DNA from: an uncultured Planctomycetaceae bacterium
Lineage (GTDB): Bacteria; Planctomycetota; Planctomycetia; Planctomycetales; Planctomycetaceae
Direction of reading: 5' to 3'
Assembly: GCA_963813715.1 (NCBI GenBank)
Contig: CAWFAK010000009.1
Location: 608,001 to 672,000, forward strand
DNA length: 64,000 nt
Shown here piece by piece: positions 1 through 11,708 of this stretch. The translations under genes and the position numbers were made by a program. Numbering within the stretch: the first letter of the stretch is position 1; the number at the start of each line of letters is the position of its first letter. The notes under the pieces were generated by a model. It ran no database searches and was not told the origin of the DNA. It saw nothing but the letters and a program-made list of their open reading frames with translations.

Positions 1-1392
1 AACGGACCACCATGATTCATGGCCGGGCTGACCGCGACGCCCGTCGGCATCTTGTCGTTGAGCAGCCGCCCGACCCTGGCGCGAACCAGCGGGGCCAGCC
101 GATCGTAGAGCGCGTCGTCCTCACCGCCGCGATGGCTGTAGATGCAGCCGGTGAGATTGCCCTCGAGCTTGGCGGCGATTTGCAGCAGTTGCTCGGCATC
201 CTCGGCGACGACGAACAGCGATTCGTTGCCGAACGCCTCCGTCTGCAGCGCCTCGGCGTTCGCCAGGAACGTGCGACCGTCGACTCTCAGGAGTGTGTTT
301 TGGCAACGGATCGCGGCGCCGCTTTCCGCCTGTCCGCCAGCGACGATCTTGGCGCCGGCCGCGACGATCGCGCGAACCGAATCGACCAGATTGCGACGCA
401 CGCCTTCGCCCAGCAACGTGCCGCCGGGCGCCTGGGCAAACCGCTCTTTCACGGCCGCCACAAACGCCTCGGTCGTCTCGCCGGCGACGAGCGCGACCAG
501 CCCGGGGTTTGTACAGAACTGCCCGGTGCCAGCCAGGCAGCTCGTGGCGAACTCTTGCGCTACGTCGGGCAAACGCTCCGTCAGCGCGCCGGGAGGATAA
601 ACACCGGGTTGATGCTGGAAAGTTCGAGATAGATCGGTTTCCCGCGCGATCGGCGGCCTCTTTCAGTCGCAGTCCCGCGTGCCGCGAACCGGTGTAGCCG
701 GTGGCGCCGAGCAGCGGATGGGAGACGAACCGCTCGCCGTCCGTGTGCGACGTGCGATAGATCAATTGCACGAAGCCGGCCGGCATATCCGTCTCGAGCG
801 CCGCCTGGTGTGACTCCTCGGCGAGCAAGCGCGAAGTTCCCGGATGCGACGTGTGCCCCTTGGCGATCACCGGATTGCCGGCAGCCACGGCGGCGGCAAA
901 ATCTCCACCCGCTGCGCCGTTGAAGGCGAAGGGAAAATTGTTCGGGCCGAAGACGACCACTGGGCCGACCGGCGCAAACATCGAGCGGATGTTGGCCTTG
1001 GTATCGATCGTGGCCTGCACCCACGAGCCGTCGCGCGCCGCGGCAGCCGCCTGCCGCAGCTGATTGATCGTTCGCGGCAGCTCGACCGATTTCAAACGGG
1101 GCTCGACCGGCAACGCCGTTTCGGCGTGGGCCATCGCAATCAGCTCTTCCGCGCGTCGTTCGAGCCGGCCGGCAAAGGCGTCGAGAAAGGTGGCAAACCG
1201 TTCGCCGGGCCAGCCGCGGACGCGCCAAGCGGCGGCCGACGCAGCCTGCAAGGCCCGCTCGACCTCGCTCCAAGGACTGATCGGATAATCGCCCGGGAGT
1301 GTTTGACCCGTCTGCGGATTAACGGCTTGAAACGTTTCCCGCCCCTGCGACTCGGTCCAAGTCCCGTCGATCAGCACTTTTTCGGCGTTCAT
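1..1392 (-). CDS. NADP-dependent aldehyde dehydrogenase (2,5-dioxovalerate/KGSA dehydrogenase-like); 3' end runs off the window; frameshifted
   Basis: Motifs FGPNNFPFAF, GNPVIAKGH and TGSRHAG. GKPIYLELSSINPVF lies in a second frame near 640-580, and GRLLNDKMPTGVAVSPAMNHGGP lies at the left edge. Confidence 0.85.
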
Positions 1393-1667
1393 CGTTGTCT
1401 CCCGGCTGGCTTAGGCTCGCTCTTAGATTAGTGCGAACATCCGTCCGCGGTCCAATGTCCGTCCGTAGCACCGAAAAACTGCAGTCTGCTTTCCCACCGC
1501 GAAGATGGACCCGCCGCGGCCAGGTTTACCGCTTGGGTCGATTCGTTTGGATCGGCCCGGCGGCGACGAATCCTCGCGGGGCTGGCGGTCCAGACCCGTT
1601 CTTGCCACAATCGACCGGCTCCTGAAACAGGCGAGGCCCGACCGCGGGCCGTCCGCGAAAGCCACCG

Positions 1668-2307
1668 ATGTCCAAGCGATATATCATCACGTTGATGGCG
1701 GCCAACCGAGTCGGAATTCTTGCCGCCGTAACGACGTCTTTGGCCGAGCTCGGAGGCGATATTCAGGAAGTCAGCCAGACCGTGATGCAGCGGTTCTTCA
1801 CCATCATCATGTCGGCCGAGTTCCCCGAGCATCGCGATCCGTCGGTCATCATCGATCACATCCGCGGCGTATGCCGGCCCTTCGGCGTCGAGGTGAATCT
1901 CAAAGATCCGAAAGCGGAAACACTGCAGGAATTGCCGAACGAAGGCACGGAGAAATACTTCCTCACCGCCGAAGGCGAAGACAAGCCGGGGATGATCCGG
2001 CAGATTTCGGCGCGGCTCGCGCAGGAGGAGATCGACATCACCGACGTCTTTGCCCGGCGCGCGGAGAATGGCAAGACGTTCGTAATGGTAATGGAGCTGG
2101 CCGTGCCCAACGGCGTCGATGCCCTGGCGCTGACAGCGCGAGCTGGAGCAATTGGGCAGCGCGGTCGGCCTGTCGGCGGCCCTGCAGCACGAAGACATTT
2201 TCAGCGCGACCAACGATCCGCGTCCCGTCCGGTTGTCGATGCGGCTTCGCCGCACGATGACGACGAAGGTGGATTCGGTCCGGATGCAACAACCGCTGGG
2301 GACCTGA
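1668..2307 (+). CDS. Tandem ACT-domain protein (GcvR-like), frameshift near 2135
   Basis: Two ACT-like units (YIITLMAANRVGILAAVT; YFLTAEGEDKPGMIRQIS). The C-terminus ELEQLGSAVGLSAALQHEDIF continues in a shifted frame to TGA 2307. Lies upstream of DUF711, as is typical. Confidence 0.75.
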
Positions 2308-2428
2308 CGCTGGGAACCTGAGCACCGTCGCATATCGGCCCGCTCGTCCGCCGTCCGGAGGAGTGCGGCGATCCTTTCTCGAATTGATCACCTCTCGACC
2401 CTTTTTGCCCCGAGGCTCAATACTGACC

Positions 2429-3803
2429 ATGTCGCAGACGGAAGACATCCTTTCCACCCTTCGCATGGTCAAGCAGGAGAACCTCGACGTCCGCACGGTG
2501 ACGATGGGCATCAACCTGTGCGGCTGCGTCGACCGGGATCCGGGCAAAACCTGCGAGCTGATCGCCATGACGATCCGCTCGGCCGCTTCCAAGCTCAAGG
2601 AGACGTGCGCGCACGTCTCGGCCCGTTACGGCATCCCGATTGCCAATCGGCGGTTGGCCGTCACGCCCATCGCCCGTATTGCCGACGGCCTGGAGACCGA
2701 CGCACTCATCCGCGTCGCCAAAACGCTGGACGAATCGGCCGAGGCCGTGCAGGTCGACCTGATTGGCGGCTACTCGGCTCTGGTGCATGCCGGGAATGAC
2801 GGCCGGTGCCATCAGGCTGATCGAGAGTCTGCCCGCCGTCTTGTCGACGACGCAGCGCGTCTGCGCGTCCGTGAATGCCGCCTCGACCAAGGCCGGCATC
2901 AATATGACGGCTGTCGCGTTACTGGGGCGCAAGATCGTCGAAATCTCGCAGGCAACGGCCGACCGCAACGGCTTCGGCTGCGCGAAGCTCTGCATCTTCG
3001 CCAACGCACCGGACAACAATCCGTTCATGGCCGGCGGCTTCCACGGCGAGGGCTCGCCCGACACGGTGATTCACATTGGCGTCAGCGGTCCGGGAGTCGT
3101 GAAGCGGGCGCTTGATCGCCTGCTCGATGCGGCCCCCGATTGCAAACTCAACGACATCGCGGAAGAGATCAAATCGACCGCCTTCCGCGTGACGCGCGTC
3201 GGCGAGCTGATCGGCCGCGAAGTGGCCGAACGCCTGGGCGTGCCGTTCGGCATCGTCGACCTGTCGCTCGCCCCGGCTCCCAAGATCGGGGACAGCGTGG
3301 GCGAAATCCTGCACCTGATCGGGCTCGACAAGCTGGGGGCGCCAGGCAGCACCGCGGCCGTGGCCATGCTGAACGATGCGGTGAAAAAGGGCGGGCTGTT
3401 CGCCTCATCCTCGGTCGGCGGCCTGTCCGGAGCCTTTCTGCCGATCACGGAGGACGAAGCGTTGGCACGTGCTGCCACCGAGGGAACGCTCAGCCTGGAA
3501 AAGCTCGAGGCGATGACCAGCGTCTGCTCGCTGGGGCTCGATATGGTCCCCATTCCCGGCGACACCGACGCCGATACCATCGCCGCCTTGATGGCGGACG
3601 AGTTGGCGATCGGGGTCTTCAACAACAAGACAACGGCCACTCGGCTGATCCCCGTCCCCGGCAAGAAAGGGGGCGACACTGTTTCCTTCGGTGGCCTGTT
3701 CGGCGAAGGTCCGGTAATGGCGATCAACTCGGTCGGCCAAAGCAGCCGCTTCGTCCGCCACGCGGGTCGCATTCCGGCGCCCCTGTTAAGCCTCCGCAAT
3801 TAA
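2429..3803 (+). CDS. DUF711/UPF0210 (PFL-like) family protein, frameshift near 2790
   Basis: ENLDVRTVTMGINL, DNNPFMAGGFHG, GVSGPGVV, LEKLEAMTSVCSLGLDM, C-terminal GRIPAPLLSLRN. Confidence 0.9.
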
Positions 3804-3956
3804 CGGAGCGCCTGCAAACCGCTGATCGCCGACAGGCGGCGGAATCTCTTTGCTGGCCCGTGCGTTCGCCGCCCCTCTTGGTTTAGACTGGGGAAAGCTA
3901 CCCACGCCCGCCAGTTTGCACTCCTGCCTTCACTCCAGCCACTGATCGGATGCCGC

Positions 3957-6398
3957 ATGTCTCGCCTGGTTGTTCGCGGATCGGCGTGTCTGTTCCTCTT
4001 TGCTCTCGCTGCCACATCCGCCCGCGCGGCGGACCCGGTCGACCTGACGCATGCCACGGTTGTCATTCAAAGCGGCAACCTGCCCGCGGCGGAGAAGATC
4101 GCGCCGGTCATTCTCGCTGAGGAAATCGCCAAACGTTCCGGCGTTTCCTGGCCGATCGCCACGCGTTGGCCGGCATCCGGAAAGAACTCGGCCGTGATCG
4201 CCATTTGCGGCACCTCGATTCCCGCCGCTTGGGCCACTCACCTGCCCATCGAGCTGCTGGCCGATTTGAAATCGCAGTCGCGCAAGGCCGAGGGTTTCCA
4301 CATCCGCGCCTGCCGGCTGAGGGCACGCGGCCGGCGACGGTTTTGGTCGTCGGCAACGACTCGCGGGCGCGATGTTCGGCGCTGGCAAACTCTTGCGAAG
4401 TCTTGAGTGGGACAGCCGCACAGTCCGTCTGCCCGCCGACTTTTCGGTCGATCTCGCGCCCGATCGCGAAATCCGCGGACATCAGATCGGCTATCGGCCC
4501 ACGGCCAACAGTTACGACGCGTGGTCGCTCGAGCAGCTCGAACAGTATTTCCGCGACATGGTCATTTTCGGGGCCAACGCGGTCGAGAGCATTCCGCTCC
4601 ACGAGCGTCCTTCGCCGCTAATGAAGTACAGCCGTGAGCTGGTCAACACGAAGTTCGGCGAGCTGTGCGAGAAATACGATCTCGATCACTGGGCCTGGAT
4701 CCCGCTCGAGCTGATTCTACCCAGTCCCGAAAAAGAGGCCGCCTTCCTCGCCAAGCAAGAGGCCTTCTTCAAGTCGTGCCGACGGCTCGACGCCGTGTTC
4801 CTGCCCGGCGGCGATCCGGGCGACAACCACACGAAGGAACTGATGCCCTACGCCGAGCGGATGGCAGCCCTGTTGCGGAAGTATCACCCCAAGGCCACGG
4901 TCTGGATTTCGCTGCAGCGTTTCTCCGACGCCGACACCAGCGAGTTCTTCCAGTACCTGGCGACGAAAAAGCCCGACTGGTACGGCGGCACGGTGATGGG
5001 CCCCAGCAGCGCGTCGATGGAGTTCACTCGTCAGAGCACGCCGAAGCGATACAAGGTCCGCTGGTATCCGGACATCACCCACATCGTCCGCTGCCAGTAT
5101 CCGATTCCCTGGCTCGATACGGCGTGGGGCGTGACCCTGGGTCGCGAAGGGGTAAACCCGCGGCCCGTTGATTACGCGGCGATCTACCAGAACGACTACC
5201 GTTTCACCGACGGCTTTCTCTCCTACTCCGACGGCATTCACGACGACTTCAACAAGTGCCTGTGGAGCCAGCTGGCGTGGCAGCCCGACATCTCACCCGC
5301 GCGGTCGCGGTCGAATATGCCCGTTACTTCTTCCGATCCGATCTGGCCCAGGCCGGAGCGGACGGCATGCTGGCGCTCGAGACGAACTTGCGCGGCGGCA
5401 TCGCCGCGAACGGGTCGATCGATGGCACGCTGCTCCAGTGGCAAGCGCTCGAGCGAAAGTTAACGGGCACCCACGTCAACTGGCGGTTTGCCCTGCACCT
5501 GTTCCGCGCATACTACGATGCCTACACGCGGCAGCGGGCGATTTATGAACAGGACCTCGAACAGCAGGCGCTCGCCAAACTGGGCGAGGCGCCGCGGATC
5601 GGCCCGACGGCCGCGCTGGCGGGCGCTCGCGAAATCTTGAACCGCGCCATTTCTCAGCCGCAGCGCACCGAGTGGCACAAGCACATCGAGATGCTGGCCC
5701 AGCAGCTGTTCGACGTCATTGGCCTGCAGACGAGCGTCCCGAAGTACCAGGCCAGCGGCTACGAACGCGGCTGCTCGCTCGACTTCATCGACTATCCGCT
5801 CAACGACCGCTGGTGGCTCAAGGATCAGTTCGACAAGATCGCGAAACTCTCGGGCCGCACCACGCAATTGGAGCGGATCGACACGATCCGAAATTGGGAG
5901 AATCCGGGCGAAGGCGGCTTCTACGACATTATTGGCGATGTGTCTCGCTCGCCGCACATCCCCAAGCTCTTCAATGCGGGCGACGCGATGCTGCACTTTC
6001 GCGACCTGCCGATGCCGACTGAACGCTGGATGCGCGAGAAGCCGCGGGCCGTCCGTTTCGCCTGGCACCAGTACCTCAACACGATCCCCGCCGGGATCAC
6101 GTACGTCGGCCTCGATCCGCAGGCGCATTACACCGTCAAGCTCTTCGCGCAGGGTGCCTCGCCGCTCCTCATCGACGGCGAACGGGCACGCCTGATCCAC
6201 AAAGGAGAGAAATACGACGAGGTGACCGAGCAGGAATTCGACGTGCCCGCGACCGCTGTCAAGGACGGCCGCATCGTCCTCAATTGGGCCAAAATCGATC
6301 AGAGCCAATTGAACTGGCGGCAACACCACTACGTGACGGACATTTGGGTGATCCGCCACAAGCCGACGACCCAAGTCGCCGGTTCGTCATCGAAATGA
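3957..6398 (+). CDS. Secreted hypothetical protein with a glycoside-hydrolase-like (GH20/GH67-type) N-terminal domain; two frameshifts
   Basis: Signal peptide ending ARA-AD, then EEIAKRSG...EGFHI...VVGNDSR..MFGAGKLLR. Stitched from ORFs 3957, 4372 and 5256. Confidence 0.6.
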
Positions 6399-7174
6399 CT
6401 GAGCCCGACGCTCGCATTCACGCCCAGGCGGCGGTCGGTTTCGGCCGCGCGGCCGACGCGTACGAACGCGGGCGACCGGACTATCCGGCAGAGGCCATCG
6501 CGCACTTGCTGGCCGTACTGAACGTCACCGCGAGTTCACGCGTCGTTGAGCTGGGAGCCGGAACGGGAAAATTCACGACGCACCTGACGGCAAGCGGGGC
6601 GCACGTCGTCGCCGTCGAGCCCGTGCCCAACATGCGGGCTCGGTTGAGTGCACGCCTGCCTAGCGTGCAAGTCCTCGACGGAACGGCCGAGGCGATCCCG
6701 CTGGCCGATCAAAGCGTCGATGCGGTGTTCGCGGCCCAGGCGTTTCACTGGTTCGCCGCCGATCGCGCGCTCGCGGAGATTTCTCGCGTCCTCAAGCCGG
6801 GCGGCGGACTCGGCTTGATTTGGAATGTCCGCGACGAAGCGCTCCTTTGGGTCCGCAAGCTGACGGCCATCCTCGATCCGCACGAGGCGGGCACACCGCG
6901 CTATCGAACGCTGGAATGGAAGGCCGCCTTTCGACAGTCCGACCAGCTGAGTCCGCTGGAATCGCAGGCGTTCCCGCACGTGCCACAGCTGACACCGAGC
7001 GCGCTCGTCGACCGAGTGGCGTCGATCAGCTTTATCGCGGCGATGCCCGAAGCCGAGCGCGCTCACGTGCTCGCCCAAGTCCGCGCGTTGCTCGAGACTG
7101 ATCCGGCCCTCGCCGGGCGCGAACACTTTGAGATGCCCTACGAGACGCGCACGTATTGGTGCCGCCGGCTCTGA
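6395..7174 (+). CDS. Class I SAM-dependent methyltransferase
   Basis: VVELGAGTGKF motif I, AQAFHWF, RVLKPGG. ATGA overlap with the upstream stop. Confidence 0.9.
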   Translation: MTEPDARIHAQAAVGFGRAADAYERGRPDYPAEAIAHLLAVLNVTASSRVVELGAGTGKFTTHLTASGAHVVAVEPVPNMRARLSARLPSVQVLDGTAEAIPLADQSVDAVFAAQAFHWFAADRALAEISRVLKPGGGLGLIWNVRDEALLWVRKLTAILDPHEAGTPRYRTLEWKAAFRQSDQLSPLESQAFPHVPQLTPSALVDRVASISFIAAMPEAERAHVLAQVRALLETDPALAGREHFEMPYETRTYWCRRL

Positions 7175-7222
7175 TCGAGCGTCTTCTGATCGCAGCGGAC
7201 GGCGTACAGGACACTCGCTGTA

Positions 7223-7280
7223 TCACGCGCGGCAGAATTGGGACTGCCGCGTCACGCGCGGCAAAACTGAGACTGCGCCG
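7223..7280 (-). repeat. 29-bp tandem duplication of a gene 3' end (QSQFCRA-stop)
   Basis: tcacgcgcggcagaattgggactgc at 7223 versus tcacgcgcggcaaaactgagactgc at 7252. Confidence 0.9.
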
Positions 7281-8518
7281 GCGCGGTACGTGACGTCGAG
7301 ATGCGGCGTCTCCAGCCGGCTGTGTCCGGCGACTTTGGAGTCGAGGCAGCTTTCGAGAATTCCGCAAACGATCTGCGTCCGCTCGACCGGATAGGGCGCC
7401 ACGCCGGTCGCAAACATCTCCTCGATCTTGGAACCCAAGGAAGCGGAATAGGTGACGTTCGGCGTCGGCGTGAGGAAGAACTGCGTCGAAAGTACGTCGG
7501 TCGACCCCTTGAGCCGGCAGGCAAACGTGTAGTCGGCGACGGCGCCGTTGAGCATGAGCAAGGTCGTCCGCGTTCCGTCGCGGCGTTCGATGAAGTAGGC
7601 CGCCGGTTGCGGCACGATCTTTGGCAGCACGCCGCTGCCGACCAGATCCTGCGGCCGTGCGTCTTCCGTCGTCTTGCCCAGGATTTTGTCGGAGCGGGAA
7701 AGGGCCGCCTCCAGCAGGCACTTGGAATAGCGTCCCTGCTCGCCCGCTTGCCACACGGCCGGTCCTTCGATCAGTTGCACCGACTTGATGCCCGTCTCGC
7801 CGCCGCGTCGGCGTTCGACCATGCACTGCATGGCCTCGAGCGCGTGGTAGTCCATCGGATCGGAGGAGCCGACGCCGACCATCAGAGCCTCGTCGATCTC
7901 GCACTCGAGCGGCAGCTCCAACTCGGGGAGCCGCCAGGTTACCGGCAGCGACGAACCGGCGAGCATCGGGAACTTGAGCCGCTTCGAATCGGCCACCATT
8001 TCCGACGCTTTGCGGAAGCTATAGGACAGGTGCTTGTCGTTATAGACGGGGACCGCCCGGGCGTCGCGCTCGAAGACCTCCACGCACTGCTTGAAGAACT
8101 CGTACCGCGGGTAGAGGATTTGGCCCTTGGCGTTGTGCGGATAATCGCCGTGCTCGCCCACGATCAGCACGGCATCGACGGCCAGTTTGTCGCCGCCGCA
8201 GCGGAGCGCCTGCGCGATTGTCGGGTAGACGGTGAAGCCAAAACTGCGGGCCCGCTCGCCGCTCAAGTCACCGACTGGCTTTTGATCGACGTACGCGGAG
8301 ACGATCTGCATGTTGGGCCGATGCCAGTGCCCCTCTTGCGGATAGCCGACCAGGAACCGGTCGCCGATATGCTGCGTATGCGATTGGTAGAACCAGACGG
8401 TCGACACGAGCGCGATGCGTTTGGGTTTCGCGGCGCCGGCAGCAAGCGCTGCCGGGCTGAGGCCGGCGAGCGCAATGGCCGAGCCGGACGTCGCGAGAAA
8501 TTCTCGACGAGAAACCAT
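7223..8518 (-). CDS. Conserved hypothetical oxidoreductase-like protein (Gfo/Idh/MocA-like) with twin-arginine signal
   Basis: Starts MVSRREFLATSGSAIALAG with a GGAG RBS. Motifs VGEHGDYP, YPRYEFF, NDKHLS, AGSSLPVT, ERRRGGETG. The stop is at 7223 as sequenced, or 7252 if a 2-nt deletion is an error. Confidence 0.7.
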   Translation of the reverse strand: MVSRREFLATSGSAIALAGLSPAALAAGAAKPKRIALVSTVWFYQSHTQHIGDRFLVGYPQEGHWHRPNMQIVSAYVDQKPVGDLSGERARSFGFTVYPTIAQALRCGGDKLAVDAVLIVGEHGDYPHNAKGQILYPRYEFFKQCVEVFERDARAVPVYNDKHLSYSFRKASEMVADSKRLKFPMLAGSSLPVTWRLPELELPLECEIDEALMVGVGSSDPMDYHALEAMQCMVERRRGGETGIKSVQLIEGPAVWQAGEQGRYSKCLLEAALSRSDKILGKTTEDARPQDLVGSGVLPKIVPQPAAYFIERRDGTRTTLLMLNGAVADYTFACRLKGSTDVLSTQFFLTPTPNVTYSASLGSKIEEMFATGVAPYPVERTQIVCGILESCLDSKVAGHSRLETPHLDVTYRAGAVSVLPRVTRQSQFCRA

Positions 8519-9788
8519 CACGTTCTCCAAAAGGTCGATTCGTCGCCCACCCGGTAAGCAACCGCCAGGTGCGGCGTCTCGATCCGCTTCTGCCCCTGCC
8601 AGAGCGATTCGACGCCGGCCGCCGTCAACCCGGTGGTCAACAGCGTCCGCTCGAGGGGCCGCGGGCTCCGGCCGGTGAGGAACATCGTCTCGGCCTGATG
8701 CGCCAGCGGGCTGAAGAAGTTGCACACGTCGCGATGGGGCAGATACATCAAGCAGGACAAGATTTCCTTTGACCCCTTGAGGCGCGCCGCGAACGTCATG
8801 TCACTGACGAGGCCGTTGAGCAAGAGCATGGTGGCTTTGAGGCCGTCGCGATATTCGATGCGGTAGGCAACGGGCGTTTTCACCAGTTTGCGAACGTCGG
8901 CGTCGCTGGGATAAATGTCGCTGTAACCGGAACGCGCGGAACCGAGCTGGATACTGCGGCACAAGCAGGCGGAGAAGAGGCGCGAATCCCAGCCGCCGGC
9001 CTGCCACGATCCGGCGCTCATCCGTTTCCATACGTCGTCCCCGCGGATCGCTTGCACGGCCGCCACGCCCGTCTCGCCGCCGTGGCGCCGCTCGACCATG
9101 CACTGAATCGTTTCGAGCACGTGAAAGTCGTAGCTGTCGACGGCGCCATAGCCGATCGCCATCACTTCGGTGGGAGACTCGTTGTACGGAAAGTCGATGG
9201 CCGGAAGCCTCCGAGTGACCGGCAGAGACGACCCAGCCATCAATGGAAAGCCGAGCGCTCGCGACGTTGCGACCATCTCGCGCGCGTGGTCCCAGCTCCA
9301 CGAGAGGTGTTTGTCGTTGAAGATCGGAACGCTTCGCCCGCTTTTGCGGAACACATCGATGATCTGCGTGAAGAACTCATAGCGCGGATAAAGGGTCTGC
9401 CCCTTTTCGTTGCGCGGATACGTCCCGTGCTCGCCGATAAGCAAGATGCCGTCGACGCTGAGGGTGCGGCCTCCGTCCGTCAGCGCGTCGGCAATCGTCG
9501 GAGCCAGCCGCATCTGGGGAAACTCGGCAGGCGCGAGCGGCTGAGATCGCTCGCGGGCCGCTGGTCGACATAGAGCGCGACGACGTCGGCCTCGGGCTTG
9601 TGGTGCCGGCCTTCCCAGCCGTAACCAAACAAGAAGCGGTCGACGATGTGCTGCGCGTGGGAGAACTTGCGGTACTCGGTGACGACGGCAGCCAAACGGG
9701 GGCGGGTGGTAGGGCGGAGGCTCAAATTTCGGCTCGGAATTTGCAGATTCGGTGGGTGGCTTCGTGTGCCGGGGGGAAATCCCATCAT
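8518..9788 (-). CDS. Paralog of the 7223-8518 protein; frameshift near 9525; start uncertain
   Basis: HAQHIVDRFLFGYGW, IGEHGTYP, YPRYEFF, NDKHLS, MAGSSLPVT, ERRHGGETG. Its stop overlaps the next start. Confidence 0.7.
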
Positions 9789-10047
9789 ACCGGCGCACCT
9801 GCCGGTCGCCGCAAGTCTGGCGGACCCCGTCGGTTTGAACGAAAAACGGGGCTCGCGGTGGGAGCGACCGCAGTGCTTCCTGCAACGCCAAGTCGAATCC
9901 GCAGGGTGGCGGGCGTACAATTAGGAGGGAGCAATGCCGGAACCAAGCAGTCATAATGGGGTGAGGTTGGCCGCGAACGGGTCGATTCGCACCGCGGCGA
10001 CGCATGTGCAGAATTTCCCCGGCCTTCTGTAAAAAGGGGAGCGAGAG

Positions 10048-11539
10048 ATGTTGCATCGGTGGAAGAGTTTGATGTTCGCCGCGATTGCCATGAGCTGCGC
10101 GGCCATGATGCTGCCCAGCAGCGCCGAAGCCCGCGGGGGCGGAGGCGGTGGTGGACGTGGTGGTGGAGGCGGCGGTGGTGGACGCGGCTTTAGCGGCGGC
10201 GGAGTGCGCGGGTTCTCCAGTGGGAGCGCCTTTCGCGGTGTTTCGCCCGGCGGCGGAAACTTCACGAGTCGCTCCGGCAACTGGAACGGCGGAAACTGGA
10301 ATGGCGGCTCCTGGCGCGGCGGCGGATGGAACCGCGGCGGATGGAACCGTGGATGGGGCTGGGGCGGCTGGGGCTGGGCGATTGGCTTAGGCTATTGGGG
10401 CTTCGGTGCACCCTATTGGTACGGCGGATACCCATTCTGGTACGACACGCTGGCTCCCGGCGCGTACGTGAATCCGTATTACACCAACTCTTACGATTAC
10501 GGTGGGTATGACTACGGTGCCCCGATCCCGCAGTCTCCGGCCCAAAGTCAGAATCAGCCCCCGCAGGACGATCCGCACTTCGCGGCGGCGCGGGCTGCCT
10601 TCTACGCTGGAAACTACCAAGAGGCGCTGCGCGAAATTACCCAGGCCATTGCCGATATGCCCGGCAGCGACGACGTTCACGAATTTCACGGCCTGGTCTC
10701 TGTTTGCGATGGGCGACTACCAGAAGGCGGCCGCCATCGCGCATACGACGCTCGACGCGGGACCCGGCTGGAACTGGAACGTCGTGCAGACCCTTTACCC
10801 GTCGGCCGACACCTATACGCAGCAGCTTCGCGGATTGGAGCACTACATTTCGGAGCATCCGAATCAGGCATCCACCCGCTTCCTGCTGGGTTACGAGTAC
10901 CTGACGCTGGGACACTTGAATGCCGCGCGGCGGCAGTTCGATCGAGTTGTAGCGCTCGAGCCGCGTGACCAGCTCGCCAAGAATATCGTGGCCGGCCTGG
11001 CGAAAGCTCCGGGCGTCACCGGTCAGCCTCAGGTCGGGTCCAACCCCACTGGTGGCACTAGCCCGTCGGGAACCACGGCCGGCGGCAATCCGAGTGGAAT
11101 GCCGAGCGGAACTCCTGGCGGAACGATGAAAGTGCCGCAGGGTCCTGGAACTCCGGGAGGACCGGGAATGAACGGTCCCAGCAATGCGAGCAACGGCCCG
11201 ACCATGCCCGCCACTCCTCCTCAGCCCTCGGCTCCGGCAGGGAACGGCCCGATTTCGGCTCAGGCGCTGAATGGCTCCTGGAAATCGAGCCCGGCTCCGG
11301 GCGTCACCATCGAAGCCACTCTGCAGGCCGACAAGCACTTCACTTGGAAGTTCACCGAAGGTGGACAGAACAAGAGCTTCAGCGGGACCTACACGCTGCA
11401 GGGGGACAACCTCGTGCTCACGCGGGACGAGGACGGCCAGAAGATGGACGGTACTGTCACGATGAGCGGGGACAAAGGCTTCCGGTTCCGCCTGCGGAAC
11501 ACGGATCCCAACGACCCCGGCTTGGAGTTCTCGAAATAG
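10048..11539 (+). CDS. Secreted Gly/Trp-rich TPR protein, frameshift near 10700
   Basis: Signal peptide (AEA-R), poly-Gly and GGWNR repeats, TPR-like helices (ARAAFYAGNYQEA; RFLLGYEYLTLG), a Pro/Gly linker and a small C-terminal beta domain. Confidence 0.75.
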
Positions 11540-11603
11540 TTGAGTGTCAGGCCGGCGCCTCCCTAGGGCGCACTCTGACTGATTACAGTTTGTCGTCAAT
11601 GCG

Positions 11604-11638
11604 AGACGGGACGCACTTCGGGGCGTCCCGTCTTTTTT
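11604..11638 (+). terminator. Rho-independent terminator
   Basis: 11-bp stem agacgggacgc/gcgtcccgtct, 8-nt loop and T-tract, between convergent genes. Confidence 0.85.
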
Positions 11639-11708
11639 GCTGCGCGGCGCGGCCCGCAGAATTTTTCCGAGCGATTGAGTCGGCCGTGCGAATGCCTTCT
11701 GGCACCGC

